Source: Eledone cirrhosa
Lineage: Eukaryota
Reading direction: 5' to 3'
DNA: 64,000 nt
Assembly (NCBI GenBank): GCA_964016885.1
Contig: OZ024740.1
Span: 271,002,001-271,066,000, forward strand
The notes under the pieces were generated by a model. It ran no database searches. It saw only the letters and a list, made by a program, of their open reading frames with translations, and was not told the DNA's origin. Of this stretch, positions 1 through 12,400 are shown one piece after another (position 1 is the first letter of the stretch; each line of letters opens with the position of its first letter). The position numbers and the translations under genes are program-made.

Positions 1-223
1 AAGGCTAAGGGGTCATCTCTCCCGGTGATTTTGGATGGCCATTGACTCTTAAGAGCTCCTTTGCCCTTTGACAGGTTTTGTTTTTAGTCCTGCAGGATGT
101 CCAAAGTCACCCTCCTCAACAAGAAACCTTGGTGGAGTTGCCAGTTTAGTCGCCAACGACCCGACCATGAGACAGGTTGTACTAGGATACATGTTACCAG
201 TAGCACCAACTGGTGACCTGACA
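1..223 (-). mobile_element. 5' head of bipartite RTE-derived non-autonomous retroelement (family A), cut by window edge
   Basis: Near-identical to 7846-8074 and 28958-29180; abuts (ATAC)n. Confidence 0.8.
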
Positions 224-326
224 CATACATACATACATACATACATACATACATACATACATACATACATACATACATACATACATACATACATACATAC
301 ATACATACATACATACATACATACAT
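224..326. repeat. (ATAC)n microsatellite
   Basis: Direct reading. Confidence 0.98.
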
Positions 327-548
327 GCATGCATGCGTTTCTACTTGAATCTACATTGACATAAAATATAGGTTTGCTAAAAACGTGTCTTCAACCGTTG
401 CCATAGAAGATGGAGGAAAAATACGATATGTGACTAAGGACGGCTAGTAACCATGTTGGTATACTCTAGTATTTTCTTTGTTTTCGATTTTCTTTTAGTA
501 CATGCAATATGTTTATATTATCAATATATATTATTATTTGGAGTCGAT

Positions 549-772
549 TGGTGGTCGATTGGCAGTATCGGTAGATCGTCGGACAACATACTTTGCGGCA
601 TATAGTTACGGCCCTTTACGCTTTGATTTCAAATCCCACCGAGGTAAGCTTTGCCTTTCATCATTAGGTGCGTCGATAAAATAAAGTACCAGTAATTCAC
701 TGGAGTCAATTTAATCAACTTTCCTTCCCTTTAAAGTTGTTGGCCTTGTGTCTAAATCAGAAAACATTATCT
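549..772 (+). mobile_element. tRNA-derived SINE (abundant octopus-type family)
   Basis: A-box-like TTGGCAGTATCGGTAG, B-box-like ATTTCAAATCC, shared body ...GTCGATAAAATAAAGTACCAGT...GGCCTTGTG; about 20 copies in window. Confidence 0.85.
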
Positions 773-821
773 TTGCATTTTATGAATTTAATATTGTATT
801 GTTTTGTATTAATCAATTACG

Positions 822-922
822 GTGGTCGATAAAATAAAATACCAGTAACGCATTGGGCTCGATATAATCGACTTTCTCCACCACAAAAATTGTTGGCCTT
901 GTGTCAAAATCAAAAACTATTA
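822..922 (+). mobile_element. SINE 3' half
   Basis: GGTCGATAAAATAAAATACCAGT...GGCCTTGTGTC matches the SINE body. Confidence 0.75.
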
Positions 923-3431
923 TTTGGTGTTGCTAGTTCGAAGAAAGATTATGTAGAAGCGATCATTTGATCTGCTAAATTTATCAGCCTTACTTGTTTC
1001 TTTGGAGAGTTAGATTTCTACGTAGATTGTGTAATATCGCTATAGTCATGTAGTTGTATGTGTTTTAGGTGTACTCGTCCATGTTTTATTTTGTCGACTC
1101 ATGAGAATGTTTAGGTTTTTTTTTTTTTAATTTCTCTACAATATTTTTATTTTTTAATGGAAGAAACAAAACCTTAGTTTCATTAGAATACAATTCTTGT
1201 GTTTTGTATCTGTTTTCCTGGTGCGGTGTTTGGTGACTTATTTTGATAAAAGTATTTTATAACAGATTTTATATGATTCTGAATTCGTTAATATAAAGTA
1301 TGATGTGGTTTATCCGTTGCTAGAATTATTGATCCTGATATTCTTTTCTATAGTGTTTTTTTCTGTCTGTCTTGTTGTGTATGTTGAATGCAAATGAATT
1401 CTTTGTTTAGTTGTTTGATGTTATATTTTGTATCACTTATGTGTGTATTGACGTAGTGTTTGAAGTGTATTCATATGTTTTATAGATTGGCTTCGTTCTG
1501 TAGTTCGGGTTGTATTTGATATTTTTATTTGATATGTTGTTGTTTTTTTTTTAGTGCTTCTATACCAGTTTTATTCATCCTTCATTTTCGAAGATGATGA
1601 AGTCTCCACCTATTAGATACTGGCAGTACTTAATAAATAGTTTCAGAAACGGAAAACGCAGCCACTTTTGAGCGACGGAGAAACGTAACTGCTCCCGGCG
1701 ATTACGCTAAACTGTTCGTATGACTTCAGGTGCCGAGGTCAACTTTACCTTTCATCCATTCGAAGTCGATAAAAAGTACCAATCAAGTATTGGGGGTCGA
1801 TTCTTCCTCAATATCTCTTCCTAACTTCCTATATTTCACTCTCTATCCTTCTCTGGAAAAAATCTGCTGTATTCAGACCTGGAGAGGATTTAGCTCCGTC
1901 AGGTTTTAAAATGCCCTAGAAACGCCGTATGTCAATATGGCGCCCCTATTACTCTATCAGCAATTACGGGACCTTGTATGCATGTATGAATTCGGGACTG
2001 AGGAAAGTAGGGACGTGACGTAACAGTATTTATTTGTCACACATACACATATGCAGTCAGCCATCTTTGAGTCGTTCTATGACGTTCAGATCTTGGCATG
2101 CGCTGTACTTGGATTAAAGTGAAAAGGAACACGTCGGACAACCATGATTTTCTAGACTAGTGGCTAGGCGAACCTAGGCGACTGAGGTTATACTGAAGAT
2201 GCCGTTGAATGACCAAGGTAATCGATGCGTCCCACAACGCAATAGCTAGATATTACCTTTCTATTCCATGAAATTTGACAACTGGTAGTTGAGTTTCCTT
2301 CGCATGGTCAGATGAACAGTCTTCACATTCCCCTTAACAAGATTCGGTGAATCTTCCAATCTTATTATCCAGCATCTAGCGTACAGAGGCATGCTGACGA
2401 GTCATGTGATCACAGTTGAGATTTAGGTGCTAAGAAGGAGTCTATGGTACAAGCTCCCCTCAACAGCAACTGGCAGGAAACCTACCAAAGATACTGTCAC
2501 ACCTTAGGCCCTATATCTCCTAGTGTCTCTATTAGTATTTTGTTGAAGTCATATCTATTATGGTGATGAATATGGGGTATTTTGAATTCCGTGAACTAAA
2601 TTTCTGCCTTTTGATGGAAGTGATCCCGGCAAAGTTGTTTGTTTTCGAGATTGTGAAAGTATTTGTTTTGTTCATTGATGTATGAGTGTATTGTTACGGT
2701 GATGGCAGAAGGTTATCGAAGAGTCGAAGGAGACTTTATGGTAGCTGGAGAGAAGTTACTGGAGCGTGGTTAGAGATGTTGGTACATTATGATAGAATTG
2801 CGTTTTAATTCTGATGCTATTGAGCATCATTTTGTGTTACCAATATTATTTTTGTGCCAGGAATTACTACTACATACATTGAAGATTTGTTAATGTGTTA
2901 GAGAATTATCTTGCCGGAATCGTTGATGGTGTTAGTGGTTTAGGTATATTTTATTTTAGTACACTGTTTCATTTTGTTGATTTTTTAATCTTGTAAACTT
3001 ACTGAAATGTTTAATGTCATTATGCACTCGTTGTATCTGTGTACTGAATGTGTAACTTTGTATTTTTGTTTGCTATAAGACTTTTACAATTGTTTGCCCT
3101 GAACTGCTTCATCGGAGCATAATCTGCAATTTAAGGAGTTCTGTGTTGAAACATTGTACTTTGTATTAGTGCAATGAGAATTTAAAGTTGGTGCGGTTTT
3201 ATTTTGTTCTATAAAAGTGATTTTCATTTTCTTGAAAATATTTGTATTGCACTGCAGTCGGTGGAGCTTTTTGTCGGTTATAGTTATGTGATATACAATG
3301 GTTTCTTCATTGTTGATATGACTTTTCTGTGTTTTTCTCTATTGAAATGTTTTCATCAAAACAATTGTTAGATTTAGAGGAGCTTGAATGAAAAGATAAT
3401 GATGTTACTTTCAGTTTTCGGAACTGTTTAT

Positions 3432-3740
3432 GTGCGAGAGTTGGCTGCAGAGTTCATAGGCTGACTATGAAGGATTGATGCTAGAGCTGTAAAATCTTAA
3501 ATGCATTAATTTCAACTCTCCTTATTGTTTCTTTCCAGGGACTATGTTCAAAATGAAACCTCATTTGGTCATTCCATGAGAGTGTTGCTAGTGCTGTAGA
3601 ATCTTGCATACATTAATTTTAACTCTTCTTATTAATAACTGTATTGTTTCTTTCCAGGTACCATGTTGAAAATGAAACCCCATTTGGTCATCCCTGAGAT
3701 TATCTTGGTCAGCTTATGAACTTTTACACCGATCCTCGTA
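3432..3740. mobile_element. mariner-type MITE with internal tandem duplication
   Basis: Matches 24002-24202; central ~120 bp present twice; degenerate TIRs. Confidence 0.75.
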
Positions 3741-4159
3741 TGTTTCGACTTTCTGAAAGTGCTTATCTAGATTTTTATTTTTGTATAATAATTGATATAT
3801 TCACACTGCAGGCCATAATTAGTTTACAGCGAGAGTCTACTTGCATTAACGCAGACAACATAACACCTGATCTAACTATATAAATCCATCAAATGCCTAT
3901 GTATTACTTTTGTTGTTGTTTTTTTTTTATTTATTTACATTATTCCCATGTCTTTACAGTAAGCTAACTATGCACTTAAACTTTATCGATATTCACACTT
4001 AAATTAGCGCACAATTTAACTGTAAGTTTAAATTTGGAGATTCTATTCAATTACAAACTTTGCTGAGGCTATCAACAATTACTTTGTTGATTATCTTATT
4101 TTCAATTAAAAATCACAATTGATAGTTCAATATGTTCACAAACATATGTCAGTAAGAAT

Positions 4160-5035
4160 AATGGTTTCTGGTTTAAGCACACGGCAAACAATTTTTTGGT
4201 GGATGGCAAAATCGATTAAATCGACTCCAGTGTGTTAATGGTGTTTTATTTTATCGACCGCGTAAGAATGAAAGGCAAGCTAACAACGGCGGGATTTGAA
4301 CTCATATGTTAAGGATTGTAACTAGATACAGTAACGATTCTGCCAATTCCCCACCCTCGTGCCAGTGAGAATAATGGTTTCTGATTTAGGCATAAGGTCA
4401 ATAATTTAGGGGAGGGGAAGGGGAAAGTCGATTAAATCGACCTCAGTGCGTTACTGGTACTTTATTTTATTGACCGCCGTAAGGATGAAAGGCAAAGCTA
4501 ATCTCGACGCCATTTGAACTCAGAACGTAATGGGCCGTAACTATATGCCACAAAGCATGTTATCCGATGCTCTACCAATAATGTCAACACACAGCCTTTA
4601 TGTCAGTAAGATTAATGATTTCTACTACAGGAACCAGGTCAACAATTTGGGGAGAGGAGAAAGTCGATTACATTGACCCCAGTGCATTACTAGTATTTTA
4701 TGTTATCTACCTCGTAAGGATGAAAGGTAAAGTTAACCTCGGCAGTATTTGAACTCAGAACGTAAACGGTCGTAACTCTGTGCTGCAAATCATGGTGTCC
4801 GACGCTCTAATAATAATGATTTCTAGTATAGGCACAAGGCCAGTAATTTGGGGCGAGGGGAAAGTCGATTAAATCGACACCAGTGCGTGACTGGTACTTT
4901 ATTTTATCGACCCCATAAGGATAAAAGGCAAAGTTAACCTCGGCAGGATTTGAACTCAGACCGTAAAAGACCGTAACTCTATGCGTCAAAGCATGGCGTC
5001 CGACCCTCTACCGATACTGCCAATCCACCGCCCTC
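4160..5035 (-). mobile_element. four tandem tRNA-derived SINE copies
   Basis: Repeated ATTTGAACTCA (B box, minus strand) near 4295, 4513, 4747 and 4948 with shared SINE body. Confidence 0.85.
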
Positions 5036-5221
5036 TGCTCTACTAATAATGCCAACACGCTGTCCTTATGCCAATAAGAAAACTAAAACGAATTAAGCCT
5101 ATATAAAGAAGCTGTCCCGGTAAGGGTCACAAATAAATTACAGATTACGGAATCTGAACCATCTACCTAGCCTTCAAACACTTTCTTTTTTTTTTCATTA
5201 GTAAGGACAAAACACAAAACT

Positions 5222-5365
5222 GGACCCCATACAGTCGAACACCTCCGCAAGATCGGAAATTCGGCGGTCCGTCTGAGAAAGGAGCCCAGTGAGCTGGTGT
5301 GGTTGTATCAGCGGGTGTCGCTGGCCATTGTCCTCGGGAATGCTTTTACGGTCTTGTCCACGAGG
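5222..5365 (+). mobile_element. CRE-clade non-LTR retrotransposon 3'-end fragment
   Basis: Manual translation GPHTVEHLRKIG...EPSELVWLYQRVSLAIVLGNAFTVLS resembles the CRE C-terminal QRxSxAIxxGNA motif. Confidence 0.6.
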
Positions 5366-5749
5366 CACAACCCCTCTACCGCCGTGCCCTAGGCCCAGAG
5401 TCCAATCATCCTTTCCCCCTCCCTTCTCCCTCCCCTCCCTTCTCCCTCCCCACCCTTCTTCTACGACACTAGAGTTCTTGCCATTCCCTCCTCTTTCCCG
5501 TTCTTTTTTTCTTTTTCTCTTTTCTCTTTATATTTTCCTTTTGGACATTCGATTCTTAATCTAAATTTCTTTTTCTTTCTTTTTCTATTAAACTGGTTCT
5601 TTTGTTTTGTTCTGTTTTCAAATTGATATTTGGACATCGTCCTCTCCTACAGGTATAATCTCCTCCAGACTGGCTCCAGCTCTGGCTATCTATGGCATAT
5701 GTTTGTGTGTATCTGCCTGTATTTCTAAGTATGTGAGCGTGTATGTATA

Positions 5750-5795
<46 letters not shown>

Positions 5796-6139
5796 TATAT
5801 ATATATATATAAATATATATATAAATTCTTCTTGAAACAAATCTGAATTACAAGGTCTCGACTCAGTAAATCATGTTGAACTTTGATATAACCATTATCT
5901 TAAATATCTTCTCATTAACAGGATATGGACGATCAAAGAAGTAATCAAGATTATAAAGAGATCGTTTCTACTATTATTATTGTTGTTGTAGTTGATGTTT
6001 CGCTGATTGTTGTTCTTAATTTTTATTATTATTATTATTGTTATTATTATTGTTGTTGTTGTTTTTATTTTTACTCTATTATTTTGTTATCGCCATTATC
6101 ATTTATTTGCTTTCGGTGTACTCTGATACTGAGAATATA

Positions 6140-6570
6140 GGTAGTGGTAGTGTTGGTGGTGGTGGTGGTGATGGTAGTGGTGGTGGTGGTGGTCGTGATA
6201 AGGGTGGTAGTGGTAGTGATGTTAGTAGTGGTAGTGGTAGTAGTTGTGGTGGTAGTAGTGGTATTGGGGGTGTTGGTGGTGGTGGTGTTACTGGTTATGG
6301 CTGTGGTAGTGGTAGTGGTAGTGGTGGTGGCAGTGGTGGCGGGGTAGTGGTGATAGTGATGGTGGTGGTAGTGGTGGTGGGTAGTGGTGGTGGTGCTAGT
6401 AGTGGTGATGGTAATTGTGGTCTTAGTGGTTTCGGTTGTGGTTGTGGTAGTAGAGGTAGTGGTGATAGTAGTGGGGCGTAGTGGTGGAAATGGTAGCGGT
6501 AGTGGTTGTGTTAGTAGTGGTTGTGGTGATGGTGATAGTAGTTTTGGAAGTGGTAATTGTTTGATGACGC

Positions 6571-6628
<58 letters not shown>

Positions 6629-6635
6629 TGTAGTT

Positions 6636-6679
<44 letters not shown>

Positions 6680-6690
6680 TATGGTGGGCG
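6140..6690. repeat. degenerate (GGT/AGT)n trinucleotide array ending in near-pure (AGT)n
   Basis: Direct reading. Confidence 0.95.
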
Positions 6691-6789
6691 TCGTTTGCTG
6701 TTGGAAAGTCAAGATGTTTGTTTATGACTGGCTTGTTCGGCGGAGAGATTGTGTACGCCTGTGTGTCTGCGAGCATGCGTATATATAAT

Positions 6790-6977
6790 TGATTGTACTT
6801 TTGGTACAAGGCCAGCAATTAATCAGTGTATTACTGGTACTTTATTTTATCGACCCCCGTAAGGATGAAAGGCAAAGTTAACCTCGGCGGGATTTGAACT
6901 CAGAATGGCAAGGGCCGTAACTCTATGCGTCAAAGCATGGCGTCCGACCTTCTACCGATACTGCCAATCCACCGCCC
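6790..6977 (-). mobile_element. tRNA-derived SINE
   Basis: GGATTTGAACTCAG and CCGATACTGCCAATCCACCGCC. Confidence 0.85.
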
Positions 6978-7250
6978 CATGCGTATATATAATGTTTGTA
7001 TGGGTGCGTGTGTGAGTGTGTATACATGTATGTGTGTGCACGTATGCGTGTATGTGCATATGTGTTGGCGTTGGTGTGTGGTGTGTGGGTATAGGTGGCA
7101 GTGGGGAGGAGATACATAAAGATTCTAAACACTAGGGTGATGTTCATGTTCTTATCTGAGCAATACTTATATCTCGTGTCATCTAAGACGTTCTAATCGA
7201 GTGATAGTGTTTTACTCTAATCAGATCAATAACATTCTGAGAAAACACTT

Positions 7251-7457
7251 CATACATACATATATACATACATATATACATACATATATACATACATATA
7301 TACATACATACAGACATATATAAATACATACATATATACATACATATATACATACATATATACATACATATATACATACATATATACATACATATATACA
7401 TACATACGGACATATATAAATACATAAATATATACATACATATATACATACATATAT
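7251..7457. repeat. (ATAC/ATAT) compound microsatellite with 12-bp period; tail of adjacent element
   Basis: CATACATATATA repeats. Confidence 0.9.
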
Positions 7458-8074
7458 ATGGTGGCTGCCAACTCGTTTTCAAGTACGGCCACTACTTTAT
7501 ATCCATGTAGGAGAACCCCTACCGATGCGCTGAACGAGTGTGACTTTTTAGTCCAGCCAGCGACTTGAAAACTCTGGTACAAACACTACACTTGTGACAA
7601 TTATTGACATATAGTGCTGGGCCCATGGTACCATGTGATGACAAGTACAGAGAGATCTCCAGATATAAAGAAATGCCTGTGCTGTGAAGCTTTTATAGTG
7701 AGCAAAGGCACTGCACAAAGCCAGTCCCACTCTCTAAACCAAGATGATATTTACAAAAAATAAGAACAAGTCAACATCATTGGATACCATCAGGGTTGCA
7801 GGTGTTATATCAGAGTTTTCCTTCTCCTAGAATTCTGCCTTGACAAAGGCTAAGGGGTCATCTCTCCCGGTGATTTTGGATGGCCGTTGACTCTTAAGAG
7901 CTCATTTGCCCTTTGACAGGTTTTGTTTTTAGTCCTGCAGGATGTCCAAAGTCACCCTCCTCCTCCTCACCAAGAAACCTTGGTGGGGTTGCCAGTTTAG
8001 TCGCCAACGACCTGACCATGAGACAGGTTGTACTGGGATACGTGTTACTAGTAGCACCAACTGGTGACCTGACA
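7458..8074 (-). mobile_element. full-length bipartite RTE-derived element (family A, ~615 bp)
   Basis: Minus strand: structured head with CTAGGAGAAGGAAAACTCTGA (RTE 5'-UTR-like), 3' part encodes CHKCSVCTRVFKSLAGLKSHTRSAHR*, terminal hairpin, (ATGT)n tail. Confidence 0.75.
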
Positions 8075-8157
8075 TACATATATACATACATATATACATA
8101 CATATATACATACATATATACACACATACAGACATATATAAATACATACATATATGC

Positions 8158-8706
8158 ATGGTGGTGGCTGCCAACTCGTTTTCGAGTACGGCCACTACTT
8201 TATATCCATGTAGGAGAACCCCTACCGATGCGCTGAACGAGTGTGACTTTTTAGTCCAGCCAGCGATTTGAAAACTCTGGTACAAACACTACACTTGTGA
8301 CAATTATTGACACATAGTGCTGGGCCCATGGTACCATGTGACGACAAGTGCAGAGAGATCTCCAAATATAAAGCAATGCCTGTGCCGTGAAGCTTTTATA
8401 GTGAGCAAAGGCACTACACAAAGCCAGTCCCACTCTCTTAACCAAGATGATATGTACCAAAAAGAAGAACAAGTCAACATCATTTGATACCATCAGGGTT
8501 GCAGGTGTTATATCAGAGTTTTCCTTCTCCTAGAATTCTGCCTTGACAAAGGCTAAGGGGTCATCTCTCCCGGTGATTTTGGATGGCCATTGACTCTTAA
8601 GAGCTCTTTTGCCCTTTGACAGGTTTTGTTTTTAGTCCTGCAGGATGTCCAGTCACCCTCCTCACCAAGACACCTTGGTGGGGTTGCCAGTTTAGTCGCC
8701 AACGAC
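8158..8706 (-). mobile_element. family A element, 5'-truncated
   Basis: Colinear with 7458-8011. Confidence 0.8.
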
Positions 8707-8775
8707 ATACATACATACGTACATACATACATACATACATACATACATACATACATACATACATACATACATACA

Positions 8776-8859
8776 TGATGATGGTTGCCCCCTCGTTATC
8801 GAGTATGGCCATTGCACGAGGAGAAAAAAAAATAATAATAATAAATAAGTAAAAAAGAA

Positions 8860-8898
<39 letters not shown>

Positions 8899-9367
8899 TA
8901 CATACATACACATATATATATATACATACACACATATACATTAATAACAATAATAATAATAATAATAATAACGACAATAATAATGACAACAACGACAATA
9001 ATGATATACATATACATATATACATACACACACACGCACACACATAAACATATCTATACACACACACGCACACGATAGCAATTAACAGCGCTGCGATCGG
9101 ATGTGGCTTTTTAGCCCAGCCAATGATCTAAAAAGTCTTGCACAGAGTCGGCAACCAAAACATTCACTCGGAATAGCCGGCTGTGGTTGGAGTTCATGTA
9201 CTTTTGCATGTCGTTTGAGCCCTCCTGCTGATTTACATTCTCTACCACATGTTTGGCAAGCATGATAAGTAGCATCTCCAACAGCAGCCTGGTAGTCAAC
9301 CACTGGTCTCACTTTATGACTGCGAAGGTTGGGATACATGTTACCAGTAGCAACTGGTGACCTGACA
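8776..9367 (-). mobile_element. bipartite RTE-derived element variant B with two C2H2 fingers, interrupted by simple repeats at about 8824-9075
   Basis: Same ~37-nt head as family A (TGTCAGGTCACCAGTTGCTACTGGTAACATGTATCCC) fused to CQTCGRECKSAGGLKRHAKVH...CRLCARLFRSLAGLKSH; 3' hairpin at 8776-8823. Confidence 0.65.
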
Positions 9368-9458
9368 TAATACATACATACGTACATACATACATACATA
9401 CATACATTCATACATACATACATACAGACATACATACATACATACATACATGCATACA

Positions 9459-9492
<34 letters not shown>

Positions 9493-9499
9493 CATACAT

Positions 9500-12400
9500 A
9501 AACTTTAACATATAAATACAGTGTTGTTATATTATATTACATTCATAAAGAAATATACTAAGTAACGGTTCTTTTTGTTCTCGATTCAAACGATTCAAGA
9601 ACAACGTTTAAAACACAGTTGTAGAATTAAAAACTAACTGAAAAGAAATATTACCCAAGCTGTGAATAACTTTAAATTTGATTCTGACAGAACTTTGTCG
9701 AAACTTTTAAAGAAGATCATCGAATATTTTGAAAAATAAATACAAAATATTAGTGAACGAACTCATCATGGCAAAAGGTACAAGTCTCCTTCGACCAAAT
9801 CGCAACTCCAACCGTTGTATACAGTGGAACTACGAGCTTAACAAAGAATTATATGAAGCATACAAACAACCTGACCCCAAAAGTTCGGTTTTATGCAAAG
9901 GCTAAAAACTTGATGGAACTTCAAACACCCGGAATTAGACTCTACTGTACAAACAGAACACCAAAAACTTGTGGACACCTTACAAGTGATATGGGACGAT
10001 ATATTTCAAGAGATACACAGCCTTAATGTGAGTGACATACCATGCAACACCAGAATCAATAAAGAACCCACTAAATTGGAATTGGAAGCGGTGAACGAAA
10101 TAGCTGGCAATTATCTGAACGCTATACGATCTAAAGGTGTAGAAATGACATTTGAAACGCTTAACATTTTGTTACATTATTCAGCTGTCACATTGCTATC
10201 ATATAACACACATCTAAAACCACGCAGTCAAGATACAAACAAAAAGCCTGAACCAGCGTGGATGCCAAATTTAAAAAGCAATATTTTGTCCCTGAGACGA
10301 AGTATCTCACACATCGCAGTCGTTATTAAATGCAACATAGAGAGCAACTTCACACGACACCAGGAAGACCTAAAGAAAAGTTAGAGAGACGATTTGGAGA
10401 TACAAAATTTAAAACTTTGAACTCCAAATTACACCAGTTGAAACAACAACTCACAGCTACAACAGAAAGACTAAAATATAAGTCAATAGCACATAAAAGA
10501 CAAGTGCTAAATAGATTGTTTGCCAGAGATCCTAAATCAGTTTATCGCAGCTTCGGTGGCAAAAGCTCAAAAGAACAGGTTGAGAGCTACTGGAGATCTT
10601 TATGGGAAACGGATGATGGATTCAACAGACAAACTAATTGGCTAAAATAACTGGAACAGGACTACTGCCAACATGTCCAGACAAAACAATATAACGTAGA
10701 TGGGTCAATATTGGAAACAGCTCTACAGAAAATGTCGAATAGGAAATCACCAGGCCCAGACATCATTACAGGATACTGGTTGAAGAATTTCACTTTCTAT
10801 CGCAAGATCTCATATGGCTGTTTACAGAAACCATTAAAGGCACACAAGAACTGCCCAGATGGTTATCAACTGCCACTACTCTCCTCATTCCCCAAAATAG
10901 CCAAACCACCCTTGCTAAAAATTACCGCCCAATAGCCTGCTAAAACATCATGTATAAATTATATACTGCGTGCCTTAACCTGTTCTTACAGGATCACTGT
11001 GCTACCAACAACATCATAACACCTGAGCAAGCTGGTGGAAAGAGGGTGGTGTGGGTTGCATCGATCACCTACTAACTAATAAAATGATTCAGGAAAAAAC
11101 AACAAATATTCGCAGAAACATGACTATGGTGTGGCTGGACTATCAAAAAGCATTTGATAGTGTACCTCATGGGTGGATTATTAAGGCTTTACAGTTAGCC
11201 AAAGTCCCACAACCATTGGTAGCTGCTGTTGAACGCCTGACCAAGAACTGGTACACCAATTTGATCCTTAGAGGTGAGAAGGAGCAAGTTAAGACTGATA
11301 AGATACATTACCAGAAGGGCATCTTTCAGTGTGATAGCTTGTCAGTGCTACTCTTCGTTCTCTCACTAAATCCACTATCTTACCTACTCAGGAAACAAGG
11401 TGGACAAAGAAGTGGGTCCAGAAGTATCTCCCATCTTTTCTTTGTTGATGACCTGAAGTTGTATGGGCCAAATATCAATGACATCAAGAAACAATTGGAC
11501 CTCATTACACAATTTTCTACAGACATCAAAATGAAATTTGGTGAGTCCAAGTGTGCATATTTGGCAGTAAAACGTGGAAGAGATGTGCCCTCCTGTAGAA
11601 ATCTAGAGATGAACGGCCTGACAATACAACCTCTACAGTCAAGTGACAACTACAGATGTCTTGGACAGGATTAGAATGTCAGATATGATGGACCAATAAA
11701 TAAGGAGAGAACCAGAACTGAATACCTCAGAAAATATGGTCATCAGAACTGTCAGCGTACAACAAATACATTGCCCACAATACTTATGCTGTGCCAATTC
11801 TAACGCCAACATTTGACCTGCTGAACTGGTCATTGCAAGAACTAAGTGAGATGGATGTCATAACTCGCATATTTCTCAGTGTTACTGGGAACTTTAACAT
11901 CAATGGTGATCTCACGCACGGAAGGTGGCCTGGGTCTAAAATCCATATTAACAACATATGAGACCCGGATAGTAACACTGAAGCAACATCTTCAACAGAG
12001 GAAAAAGGTTGGCAACCATCTTGCCCAGGTTGATGAGCATGAAAAAAAATATCATTAGAATAGCGACTGATCTGGAGAAGAGATATGGAATAAAGCCTGA
12101 TATAAATCTCTCACCCAGAGAAATCGGAAGATCCTATTCAATGTTTAAACAAGATGCAAAAATTGACCAATTTACAGAAGTTGTGCATGGATACTTGAGA
12201 CGTAAAACACAGACCATAGAGGGGATAAACCACTCAAAAAGCCTGGCATGGAGTTCCGACAAGTTTATGACATCACACCTTGAGGGATATCTCTATGCAA
12301 TACAGGAACAAGAACTCTCTACCAAATATCTGCTGCACAAAAGAGGAGGGCCAGCAGCTGACAATAAATGTAGGCTATGTAAAACAAAGATCGAGGATGT

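Noticed and set aside
49-364. ORFs with MYVC/YIHT repeats, and the many YI, CV, HT, SL, LF, poly-V/T/E/R ORFs elsewhere
   Set aside because: They are translations of microsatellites, with no coding evidence.
990-3400. Degraded PLE-like minus-strand sequence, including a weak hammerhead remnant at 3085-3115
   Set aside because: Too decayed to delimit, and the GAAA core is incomplete.
6038-6788. Gly/Ser-rich or mucin-like Thr-rich ORFs
   Set aside because: Produced by a degenerate GGT/AGT repeat; no splice or domain support.
9082-9495. Host C2H2 zinc-finger gene
   Set aside because: Starts in a microsatellite, shares its head with a dispersed repeat and lacks TGEKP linkers; best read as a retroelement tail.
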